From: Acidobacteriota bacterium
Lineage (GTDB): Bacteria; Acidobacteriota; Terriglobia; Terriglobales; Acidobacteriaceae
Direction of reading: 5' to 3'
Length of the DNA stretch: 64,000 bases
NCBI GenBank assembly: GCA_013289875.1
Contig: JABCZC010000013.1
Coordinates: forward strand, 7,069-71,068
This document shows positions 1 to 9,600 of this stretch, piece after piece (within the stretch, counting starts at the first letter, position 1; each line of letters opens with the position of its first letter). The translations under genes and the position numbers were made by a program. The notes under the pieces were generated by a model, which saw only the letters and a program-made list of their open reading frames with translations, made no database searches and had not been told where the DNA came from.

Positions 1-3000
1 ACAGGGGCTGCATTTTGGAGCGATGGTACAGGTATTTCCTGCGAAGTCTTGCGCGCAAGGCCATCTCCGGCATGCGCTTGTGCTGAGCCGCCAGTTCGGC
101 GGCGTACCCGGGACGCCAGGAGTCAAAGAGAACGACCATGGCGACCTCTTCCCCGTCCTCAATCAGATGCCTTGCCGTTTCGACGGCAAGCGGGCCGGCG
201 GCGCACCATCCGCCGATGTAGTAAGGGCCTGTGGGCTGGACCGAGCGTATCTCCTTTGCGTAAGAGGCAATGCGATCCCCGATGGACATCGATTGGTTCA
301 GCTCACGCAGGCCGTAGAAGGGGCGATCCTCGCCCAAAGCTCCCGGCAGGCCTCCGTACAGGAGGTAGGAATGGATAAGGAAAAACGGCGGCCTGGAGCC
401 CCGGGGCTGTACGGGCACCAGCGGAGAGTAAAGGGTGCGGCCGCGGATGATGTCCGCGAGCTGCTCGATGGTAGGCGCGTTGAAGATGGTGGTAATCGGC
501 AGAGACACCGACAGCGCGCGATTGATGTTTGCGAAGAGCCTGACAATCATCAGGGAGTAGCCGCCCAGCGTGAAGAAGTTGGTGCGGATGCCGATGCCGT
601 GCACGCCCAGAATGGATTCCCAGATCGAAACCAGCCTGGTTTCAAGTTCGTCGCGAGGAGGAACGAAGCCGGCTTCCCTGACCATGGCAGACGAAGATAA
701 TCCTGGAGACGGAAGCGCTGCGAGGTCAGCTGAACCGTCGAGGCGGCGAGGGATGGAAGCGACCGCAATTACCTCAGCCAAGGCCAAGTGCTGAGGTCCA
801 GCTGACTTGAGCCAGGCGCTGACGGTGGAGATTGACGGATGACCTCCATTCTTGCCTGCGATGTAGGCTATGAGCACCGGCTTGGCGCTCGCGTCGTGCT
901 GAATGGCGGCCTCCGCAAGAGCCACGGAAGGCTCCTGCATGAGCAGGTCTTCGAGGTCGCCGAGGCGCAGGCGGTAGCCGTGGAGGCGGGCGGAGCGCCC
1001 GGCCTGCTCGATGATTTCAAATCCCCGGTCAGGCGAGTAACGAGCGACATAGCCGGGACGGAACTCAGCGGAATCTCGCTGAACGATGAGCTCGCCCGGA
1101 ACGGCAAAGGGGACGGGGCTGCCCCACGCGTCAAGAATGCGCAAGCTGTCGCCCGGAAGTGGAGCGAGCGGCCACTGCACGTGCTGTGAAGGCTGGGGTG
1201 AGGTATCGAGGCGCGCGACCGCGAACGGGCCCGCCGTAGCCGCCGATGAAAGCATCGACCATACGCGGCAGGGAGATTTGGCGAGCTGATCGGCAATGAC
1301 AGAGGACACTCGCGATCCACGGCAGATCAGGTTTATTCTGCGATCGCCGAGCCAACCACTTCCAAGGAGGTGAGACCATTCGGCCGGGGTGCCGAGAGCA
1401 AACGAAATCTGTTCGCGATCGAGTAGCGCCTGCACCTCCCCGGGAGTGGTTTCTCCGGGATAGACGATGGTTGTGCCGGAAAGCAATGGAAGCAGGAGAT
1501 CGGTCCAGGCGTCGGTCATCGCGAGTGGTGACAAAGCGGTTGCCGGAAAGACGAGCACGGCATCGCCCGCACCGAGGTCCAGAGCCTGGGCCGCGCTCTG
1601 CATGCTTCTTATGGTGGCGGCATGGGATACAGGAATGCTTTCGTAACTGCCATCTGCACTTATTTTTGCGCCTAGCCAGGATACGTCTACCGCAGTGGGA
1701 TGCAGTACATTGGCAGGCGCTGAGGATTCGGCATCCAACTGCTCAAAAGCGGTTACAGAAGAGAACTTCTCAGCGAAACTCCGTGCGGCCAGGGATAACG
1801 ACGGCTGGAATTCTGCCCGGATCGTCTGCCACTCCGCGGAACTGACGCTGGCGGGCACGGGCAGGACGACCGCGCCCAGGCGCAAAGCGGCGATGGCGGC
1901 AGCGGCTGAGTCTACAGTAGGCTCGATACGCACAGCGACGGTTTTATCGGGGCCGAGGCCCAGAGTCTCCAGAGCACGCGCGAAGCGAAGGCTTCGCCTC
2001 TGTAGATCGCTCCAGCTGATGCGTGATTCTCCGACGATAAGCGCTGCGGAGTCTCCGCGTGCTTCAGCCTGCAGGTCGAAGCACTGCGAGAGCGAGGCGA
2101 GTACAGGCTGAGCTTCAAATTTCTCGCTGAAGACGGGATTTGGAGTGGGGCTCAAAGCCGGACCGGCGCCCGCGAGGTTCAGGGTCGATTGCTCCTCCGG
2201 AGAGAGCAGAGGAAGCTCGGAAACGGCGAGGGTGTCGTCGTCCATAACCGCCTCAAGAATGCGGGTGTACTGATCGAGCAGGCGACGGATGCGCTCGCGC
2301 CGGAAGAGGACGGTGTTGTACTCGATCTGCAAGCGCGGACCCTCGGCGCGCTCGACGATGCTGACCAGCATGTCGAAGTTCACGCCGCCGCTCACCGAAG
2401 GCCGCGGCTGGATGCGCAGGCTCCCGGCGGTCTGCGGCTGCATGAAGGCCTTCTGGTAGACGAAGTAGACTTGCAGAAACTGCGAGGTTGCGCCCGCCTG
2501 GTCGAGTTGAAACTCCTCGGTGAGGCGCGAGAAGGGAAGATCCTGGTGCGCGTAGGATTTTGCGCTCCAGTCGACGACCCGGCCGAGCAACTGCCGGTAG
2601 CTGGGATTGCCGCGGACGTCGGCAAGGATGACCTGGGGGTGCGCAAAACGGCCGATCACATTTTCCATGCCCGGTTGCGTGCGGTTGGCGATCGTCGATC
2701 CCAGCAGGAATTCTGTCTGGTCGGCATAACGGGAAATGAGTGCCTCAAAGGCCGCCAGCAGGAGTTGGTGCATGGTGGCGTCATGCTGACGGCAGTATGC
2801 CTTGAGGCGCGCGGTGAGGGCCGGCGACAGGAGGTGCCCCTCGATGTCGCCAGGAAAACTCTTTTGTGCGGAGCGGGGGAAATCAGTCGGCAGGTCGATG
2901 GCCGGCAGATCGCGCTGAATGTGTTCCTTCCAGTAGGCGAGCGCCGCCTGGGCAGCTTCACTCTCCAGCCAGGACTGCTGCCAGACAGTGAAGTCAGCGA

Positions 3001-3577
3001 ATTGAAAAGGCAGTTCGGGCAGAGTGGGTTCTCGCTTCTGCGCGGCAGCCTCATAGAAAGCCGCGAAGTCGCGCACGAGAATGCCGTTCGACCATCCGTC
3101 GCAGGCAATGTGATGCACCGTGAAGGCAAGGAAGTGATCGCTGTCAGTAACGTGAATAAGGTGAACGAAGAACGCTGGTCCGGCCGCAAGATTGATGTGA
3201 ATCCGGCTGTGCTCGTGGATGAGTTCCTCTGCTTTTTCGAGCCGCGAGTTCTCGGGCAATCCGCGAAGATCGGAAACGGTGAAGCTGTAGACCGGCTCCT
3301 CAGATATGACCTGGGAGAGGGCCTCGTCAATCATGCGGAAGGTGGTGCGCAGCGCCTCGTGACGCAGCACGAGCTCCCGAACACAGTGCTGTGCCAAAGC
3401 ATCGTCAATGGGACCGTCGAGGCGAAAGGCGACCGCCATGTTCGAGGCCGTTGACGCGTCCGCGAGCTGATCGAGAAGCCAGTAACGGCTTTGCTCCAGG
3501 CCGGCGGGGAAAACATAGACCCCATCGAGACGCAACTTATCGGACACCTGCTCATCGGCGGTGTGCGGGTCTTCCAT
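1..3577 (-). CDS. NRPS terminal module, C - degenerate A - T - TE (C-terminus runs off the window edge)
   Basis: Absent from the ORF track because no stop lies inside the window. My hand translation of the reverse strand from ATG 3577 (in-frame alternative ATG 3619) stays open for 1192 codons down to nt 2. Motifs read: HHIACDGWS (condensation), FFTLGGYSL (carrier), PFFLIHS...GGWCAAG (thioesterase). Confidence 0.85.
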   Translation of the reverse strand, partial: MEDPHTADEQVSDKLRLDGVYVFPAGLEQSRYWLLDQLADASTASNMAVAFRLDGPIDDALAQHCVRELVLRHEALRTTFRMIDEALSQVISEEPVYSFTVSDLRGLPENSRLEKAEELIHEHSRIHINLAAGPAFFVHLIHVTDSDHFLAFTVHHIACDGWSNGILVRDFAAFYEAAAQKREPTLPELPFQFADFTVWQQSWLESEAAQAALAYWKEHIQRDLPAIDLPTDFPRSAQKSFPGDIEGHLLSPALTARLKAYCRQHDATMHQLLLAAFEALISRYADQTEFLLGSTIANRTQPGMENVIGRFAHPQVILADVRGNPSYRQLLGRVVDWSAKSYAHQDLPFSRLTEEFQLDQAGATSQFLQVYFVYQKAFMQPQTAGSLRIQPRPSVSGGVNFDMLVSIVERAEGPRLQIEYNTVLFRRERIRRLLDQYTRILEAVMDDDTLAVSELPLLSPEEQSTLNLAGAGPALSPTPNPVFSEKFEAQPVLASLSQCFDLQAEARGDSAALIVGESRISWSDLQRRSLRFARALETLGLGPDKTVAVRIEPTVDSAAAAIAALRLGAVVLPVPASVSSAEWQTIRAEFQPSLSLAARSFAEKFSSVTAFEQLDAESSAPANVLHPTAVDVSWLGAKISADGSYESIPVSHAATIRSMQSAAQALDLGAGDAVLVFPATALSPLAMTDAWTDLLLPLLSGTTIVYPGETTPGEVQALLDREQISFALGTPAEWSHLLGSGWLGDRRINLICRGSRVSSVIADQLAKSPCRVWSMLSSAATAGPFAVARLDTSPQPSQHVQWPLAPLPGDSLRILDAWGSPVPFAVPGELIVQRDSAEFRPGYVARYSPDRGFEIIEQAGRSARLHGYRLRLGDLEDLLMQEPSVALAEAAIQHDASAKPVLIAYIAGKNGGHPSISTVSAWLKSAGPQHLALAEVIAVASIPRRLDGSADLAALPSPGLSSSAMVREAGFVPPRDELETRLVSIWESILGVHGIGIRTNFFTLGGYSLMIVRLFANINRALSVSLPITTIFNAPTIEQLADIIRGRTLYSPLVPVQPRGSRPPFFLIHSYLLYGGLPGALGEDRPFYGLRELNQSMSIGDRIASYAKEIRSVQPTGPYYIGGWCAAGPLAVETARHLIEDGEEVAMVVLFDSWRPGYAAELAAQHKRMPEMALRARLRRKYLYHRSKMQPL
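2..406 (-). other. Type I thioesterase domain (partial) with Cys at the nucleophile position
   Basis: PFFLIHSY oxyanion-region motif, then IGGWCAAG where GxSxG is expected. The Cys codon tgc is at nt 203-205 (plus-strand gca). Confidence 0.7.
443..664 (-). other. Thiolation (PCP) domain of terminal NRPS
   Basis: FFTLGGYSLMIV with the phosphopantetheine Ser at aa 1008 (nt 554-556). Confidence 0.8.
713..2110 (-). other. Adenylation-fold domain with eroded catalytic cores
   Basis: A1/A2-like ISWSDL and LRLGAVVLP, and A8-like GRSARLHGYRLRLGDLE, are present. There is no TSGSTGxPKG P-loop, no YGPTE, no Y(R/K)TGD, and the A10 NGKxDR reads DGSADL. Confidence 0.7.
2213..3535 (-). other. Condensation (C) domain of terminal NRPS
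   Basis: HHxxxDG core read as HHIACDGWS at aa 155-163 of the hand translation. Boundaries approximate. Confidence 0.8.
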
Positions 3578-3691
3578 GTTCACGCTTTGTACGATATCAC
3601 CAGAGTAAGGTCGTATCATGCGAGCAGAGCCACGGCGAGTATGAGCCGATGTTACCGCAAGGAACCGGCAATCGATCAGTGTTACTGCAAG

Positions 3692-6600
3692 TTACTGCAA
3701 CACAGTGCGTGGTCTGCGATGCAGCGAGCGGGGTACTGGCTGGATCGTTCCACTGGTTGATTCGGCGGAGTGTTCGCCAGGATTCTCCTGAACCTGTGCG
3801 CAGATCGCCGAGATGGTCTTGTACTGAAAGATATGCCGAGCCGTAATTTTTATTCCCGCCTGATTGGCGAGCGTGTTGATACGGAAAATCATCAGCGAAT
3901 CGCCGCCTAACTCAAAGATACTATCTTCGACGCTAACCTCCTTAAGGCTTAGAGCATTCGACCAGATGAGGGCAAGTGTTTCTTCCAGCGGATTGCGCGG
4001 ATAGACGATCGAGCGCTCACGCATGAGCTGCTCGGGTTGGGGCGCGGGAAGCGCACGGCGGTCGATTTTACCGTTAACCGTGCGGGGAAAGCTCTCCACA
4101 GCCATGATCGCCGCGGGCTGCATGTAATCGGGCAGCTGGGTTCTGAGCCAGGCACGAAGTTCGGCGGCCAGGCTCGTTGTATCGCCAGGCTGGGCTGGGA
4201 TGATATACGCGGCGAGTCGTTTGTCTCCGGGGGCGTCGTGCGCGGTGACCCAATCAGTGCGCACGCAGGCGACGGCGGAGCGGACCAGCGGCGAACGCTC
4301 GAGCGCGTATTCGATTTCGGCAAGCTCGATGCGATAGCCGCGGACCTTGACCTGTGTGTCGGCGCGACCGAGGAATTCTACGGTGCCGTCGGCTCGATAG
4401 CGGGCCAGGTCGCCGGTGCGATAGAGGCGCTCAGTGAGTCCTGGCGCGAACGTGTGGTGAATGAATTTCTCGGCGGTGAGCTCGGGCGCGTTCAGATAGC
4501 CGAGCGCTATTCCATCGCCGGCCGCGAAGAGCTCTCCGGTGACGCCGATGGGCACAGGCTGCATGGCGGCGTCGACGATGTAGATGCGAGTGTTGGCGAT
4601 GGGACGGCCGATGGGCACCATTCCAGACGCCAAGCTGTCGAGCGAGATGGTGTGGCAGCAAGTGAAGGTCGTGTTCTCGGTAGGTCCGTAGCCGTTGATT
4701 AGGCGAAGGTGGGGCAGCTCTTCGACAACGCGCCGGACATGAGTGACGGAGAGCACATCTCCGCCGGCTAGCAACTGGTGCAGCGGGCGGAGCGTCTCGA
4801 TATGAGTCGTCGCGATGAGATGGAAGAGCGCGGCGGTGAGCCAGAGCGTGGTGACGTTGTATTGCTGGATGAGCGCGCCGATATCCTCCGGGGTTACGCG
4901 GCCGGCAGGGGCGAGAACCAGACGGCCTCCGTTGAGCAGGGCACCCCAGATCTCGAAGGTAGCAGCGTCGAATGACAGAGGAGCAAGCTGCAGGAAAACT
5001 TCGCCGGCGGAGAAGCTGGCGAAGGAATTGTTCTTGACCAGACGCAGAACGGCACGGTGCGGCACGAGCACACCTTTGGGATTGCCCGTAGAGCCGGAGG
5101 TGTACATCACGTAGGCCAGATCGTCGGGGCCGGGCGCGGGGGCGAGATTTCTGCTCGACTCGATCGCGATGGCTGGCCAGTCGGCGTCGAGACAGATGAC
5201 GTTTGTGGCGAGCTGGGGCAAAGTTGCGGCGATGGAACGCTGGGTGAGCAGCGCCTGCGCTTGCGAATCGTGGATGAGGAAGCTGAGTCGCGAGGCCGGA
5301 TAAGTGGGGTCGACGGGCACATAGGCGGCGCCTGCTTTAAGGATTGCCAGCAGACCCACAACAACTTCGAGCGAGCGGTCGAGACAGAGGGCCACGCGGG
5401 CTCCGGGCTTTACGCCAGAGCTTTCAAGGAAATACGCCAGCTGGTTGGCTTTCTCGTTCAACTCGGCATAGGTGAGAGACCGGTCGCCGGCGGTGACGGA
5501 GACGGCTTCAGGAGTGCGTTCGGCCTGCTCCTCAAAGACGCGGTGAATCGAACTTTCGCGGGGATAGACGGTCGCCGTCTGGTTCCAGTCGATAAGCAGT
5601 TGCTGCTTCTGCGCTGCAGTGAGCAGTGAGACCTGTCCGGCGGTCTGCTCGGCGTCGTCCACGAAGGCCTGAAGGATGGCCTCGATGTGGCCGCACCAGC
5701 GCTCGATGGTCGATTCGTCGAAGAGGCCGGTGTTGTAATCGCAGTCGAGCCAAAGCTCGCTGCCACGATCGATGAAGTTGAAGAAGAGGTCCATGTTGAC
5801 ATGGGTCTTCGCGTTTGCGCTGAGGTCGACGGAGAGGCCGTCGAACTTCAGGCCGGCGCCGACCTGCTCGACATTGAACTGCACTTCGACAAGCGGCAGC
5901 CGCGAAGACTCGCGCTGAATCTTGAGCCTGCGCAGAAGCGTCCCGTAGGTGTAGTCCTGATGATCCTGCGCGTCGAGCAGCTTTTTGCGGGCCTGCTTGA
6001 AGAATTCCGAGAGCGGCTGATCGGCCTGGAAGCTGCTGCGGATGGGCAGGAAGTTGACGCAGTGCCCGACCAGCGTCGTGCCATTTTCTAGAATGGACTG
6101 GCCGGCCATGGGGATGCCGATGACCACGTCATCCTGCTGCGAGAGGCGGTGGATGAGCTGCGAAAAGCCTGCCAGTAGAGTGGCGAACAGCGTGCTGCCC
6201 TGCTTTGCGCCGGCCTTCTTGACGGCCTTTAGGAATTCAGGCGGAAAGATGAACCGTTTGGTTGCGCCTTCATTGCTGCGCATGGCTGGCCGCGGCCTGT
6301 CCGTGGGCAGTTGCAGCGCCGAGGGCATGGTCTTGAATTCGTTGAGCCAGTAGGCTTCGACCTCGGAGTTTTCCTGCGACTCGTGACGCGCGTTCTGTTC
6401 GATCGCGTATTGGCTGAAGTTGAGAGGCGCGGGCAGCGATGCGGCTTTTCCGGAGACGGCAGCGCTGTAGAGTTCACCGAGTTCCGAGTAGAGGACGTTC
6501 GTGGACCATCCGTCGAAGATGATGTGGTGTGCGCTGAAGAGACGCCCGTGTTCGCTTGGCGCGAGGCGGACGAGACGCATGCGGAAAAGCGGGCCGCGGT

Positions 6601-9600
6601 GAAGATCGAAGGGCGTGGATGCCTGCTGCGCGATCAGAGTCCTGAGCTGTTCGTCGCGGCCTTCTGTCGAGAGCGTGCTGAGGTCGTCGTTCTCCAGCGG
6701 CAATGGGACGTGAGCCGCGATGTGTACGGTATCTCCGTTTTCGAGGATGGTGGAGCGAAGGGCCTCATGGCGCGCGACGAGTTGTTCCAGGCTGCGGATG
6801 AGCGTGGCTTCGTCGAGCGGGCCGTTCAGGCGGAGAGAGGTCGATTCGTTGAAAGCGCAGTTGGCCTCGTCGCCGAGCTGCGTTCCGAAGAGGATTTCGC
6901 GCTGCGGCTCGGTGATGGCGATGTCGCGGTCGGCCGGGGCAATGGCCTCGACGGGTTCAGGAGCGGAAACCGGCGTTGTGGGCGCGGGCTGTACGGCTGC
7001 TTCTGCATGGCCGATCGCCTGGCCGGCCTGCATCTGGCGAAGGCTGGTGCGGAAGGCTTCGCGCACGAAGTCGAGGTCCGCATCGGTGTGCGCCGTGGTG
7101 AGGAAGCAGGGAAATCCCTCCTGAATGTGGATGCCCTGCTCGCGGAGGTGGTAATAAAGCAGGCGCGCCAGCTTCGGTTCGGCTGCGGCGCTCATGTAGA
7201 ACCACGACGAGAAGGTTTCGATGACCGAATGGTAGGAGAAGTCTCGGAACAAGGCGTTCAGATCCGTAACCAGCGACGTAGTCTTCGCGGTGAGATCCGT
7301 TTGCAGCGAAGGGCCGGAGCTCTTGATGTGCTCAAGGCTGGCGCGGACCGCTGCCAGAGCGAGCGGATGGCGCATGAAGGTCCCGGCGTAGAACGTGACG
7401 CCGACCTGCGGGAAGGAGTCGTCGCCATACTGCCACGCTCCGCCGTCGAGGGCGTCCATGTAGGTGGGGCTGCCGGCGAGGACACCGACCGGGAGTCCGC
7501 CCGCAACGACTTTTCCGTAGGTCGCGAGGTCGGCACGAATATCGTAAAGGGCTTGCATGCCGCCGGAGTGGGTGCGGAAGCCGGTGACTACTTCGTCGAA
7601 GATGAGGCAGGAGCCGCTCAGTTGCGTGATGCGGCGAACCTCACGCAGAAATTCGACTGGACGAAGCTCGGGATGGCGGCTTTGAACAGGCTCGACCAGC
7701 ACGGCGGCGATTTCGTCGGCGCGCTGGCGAATGACTTCGAGGCTTTCCGGCGAGCCATAGTCGAGCACAAGGATGTTGGCTACGCTTTCGCGGGGAATGC
7801 CGGGCGCAACCGGCATGGAGCGGCGGTTGCCGACAGACTTGACCAGCACTTCGTCGAAGCTGCCGTGATAATCGCCGGTGAAGAGCACAACAAGATTGCG
7901 GCCGGTGACGGTGCGCGCCAGGCGCATGGCTCCCATCACAGCTTCGGACCCGGTGTTGCAGAAGGTGACGCGCTGCATGCCGGTGAGCTCGCTGATGAGC
8001 TCGGCGCAGACGCCGGAAAGCTCAGTTTGGGGGCCGATGGCGAATCCCAGGTCAAGCTGCTTGCGCACGGCGTCGACCACAAAGTCGGGCGAGTGACCGT
8101 AGAGGATAGCACCGTAGCCGTTGAGGATATCGACGTAGCGATTGCCGTCGTTGTCCCAGAGATAAGCTCCGGCGGCGCGATCGACGACCAGCGGATAGAC
8201 GAGCTCCTTGGTTTGCGCGTTGAAGCCGGAAACGACACGGCCATCGGCGAAGACGCCGCGGTGGTCCTGGGTAAATTTCTTCGAGCCCTGAGTGCGCGAG
8301 GCGTAGCTCTGGACCAGATTCTTGAGGTAGGTCTCCTGCACGGGATTCAGGCCGGCGGCCTCACCACGCTGCACGGGTTTGAAGGGCGTAAAGGCAGGCT
8401 TGGACGTCTTTGTCTCGGCGACGGGTGCAGGTGGCAGGGCTTGAGAAGCTGCAGTAGCAATTGTATCTGCGATTGTTACCGATTGTGATGGAGACGGTGG
8501 AATTGTAACTGTCGATGATACAGAAGCGACAGGAGCTGCCGGTTGACCGCGCAGAAATTCCATCTGCTGGTTGAACAGCGCGGTGAGTGCCTGCATCTGG
8601 CTGGCGAAGAGAGCTTCGTAGGAGCCCGGTGCCGTTGTGGTTGCCGAAATTGAAGGCGCCGTGGCTGGAGCGGGTGCTGTGGCAATGACTTGAGTGGCTG
8701 CGGGGACTGCAGGTGCTGGTGTGGATGCAACCGGGGCAGCGCTGCGTAGTTCGGGGGCGACCGTGGCATCGAGATGCGCGGCCAGTGTGCCCAGCGTGGG
8801 ATAGCTTTCCATGATTTGCCGGAAGGTGAGCTTGACGCGGAATTTGCTCTGAATGCCCTGAGTCAGCTGGGTGAGGAAAAGTGAGTCGAAGCCGAGCTCG
8901 AGGAAAGAGGCATCCGCCTCGGCGTCGGCGAGATCCGTCCCGGAAAGATCGGTGATAAGTGCTTTGAGTTCCGAAAGCATAGTGTCGTTGTGTGCGACAG
9001 AAGGCGTAGCCATGATTGAAACCTCAGCAGGCAGCACAGATGCCTGGTTGGTGTTGGGCGTGTTTGCCGGGGACACAGCGATAACTGGCGGGTCGGGCTG
9101 CGCCGGCATCGACGCAGCAGGCGCGTCGACCCAATGCCTGTGGCGCTCGAATGGATATGTTGGCAGAAGGGCACGTTTGCGGCTGTAGCCTGCGTGGAAT
9201 GCTGTCCAGTCAGGATTGGCTCCCAGGGTCCAGAGAAGGCCGAGCGCGGAGAGAAGCGCGCCGTCCTCGGGTTCGGCAGCGCGCGCGGAACCCAGCGACG
9301 ATAGCGTTGCCGGCGTCCAGGAGCTGGCTTTGGCGATCTGGCGGATGAGCGGGACAAGCGTCTCGGAGGGTCCAATTTCGAGCATGATGCGCTCGGGGGT
9401 GTGGATAATTTCGCGGACTGCGTCGGCGAAGCGAACGCTGTGGCGAAGCTGCCGGGTCCAGTACTCGGGGTCGGCGACTTCAGAGGCGGTGATCCATTTG
9501 CCGGTGAGGGTCGAAACATAAGGAGTCGACGGGGCAGCGAAGTTTATGCTGCGAATGACTTCGGCGAACGGAGCCAGCGCGGGTTCGACCATGCTGCTGT

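Noticed and set aside
3578-3700. The two megasynthase ORFs are in the same reading frame, separated by one TAA that lies inside a 10-bp tandem duplication (gttactgcaa x2, 3681-3700). This could be a recently split single gene or stop-codon read-through.
   Set aside because: Removing either repeat copy still leaves a stop (TAA or TGA) in frame. A fused T-to-C linker would be about 80 residues, much longer than normal intermodule linkers. Same-frame placement has a 1 in 3 chance. Separate proteins with terminal docking regions is the simpler reading.
6311-8488. Long ORFs antisense to or out of frame with the genes called above. Examples: 6311-8488 (+, 725 aa), 2189-3454 (+), 12874-13821 (+), 20128-20946 (-), 25343-26398 (-), 26493-27545 (-), 41824-42807 (-), 44979-45803 (-), 51698-52765 (-), 53146-54099 (-), 55576-56688 (+), 57574-58335 (-), 61858-62478 (+).
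   Set aside because: Their products are low-complexity Arg/Ala/Gly/Pro-rich strings without motifs. The opposite strand in each case encodes a protein with clear family signatures. Long spurious antisense ORFs are expected in GC-rich DNA.
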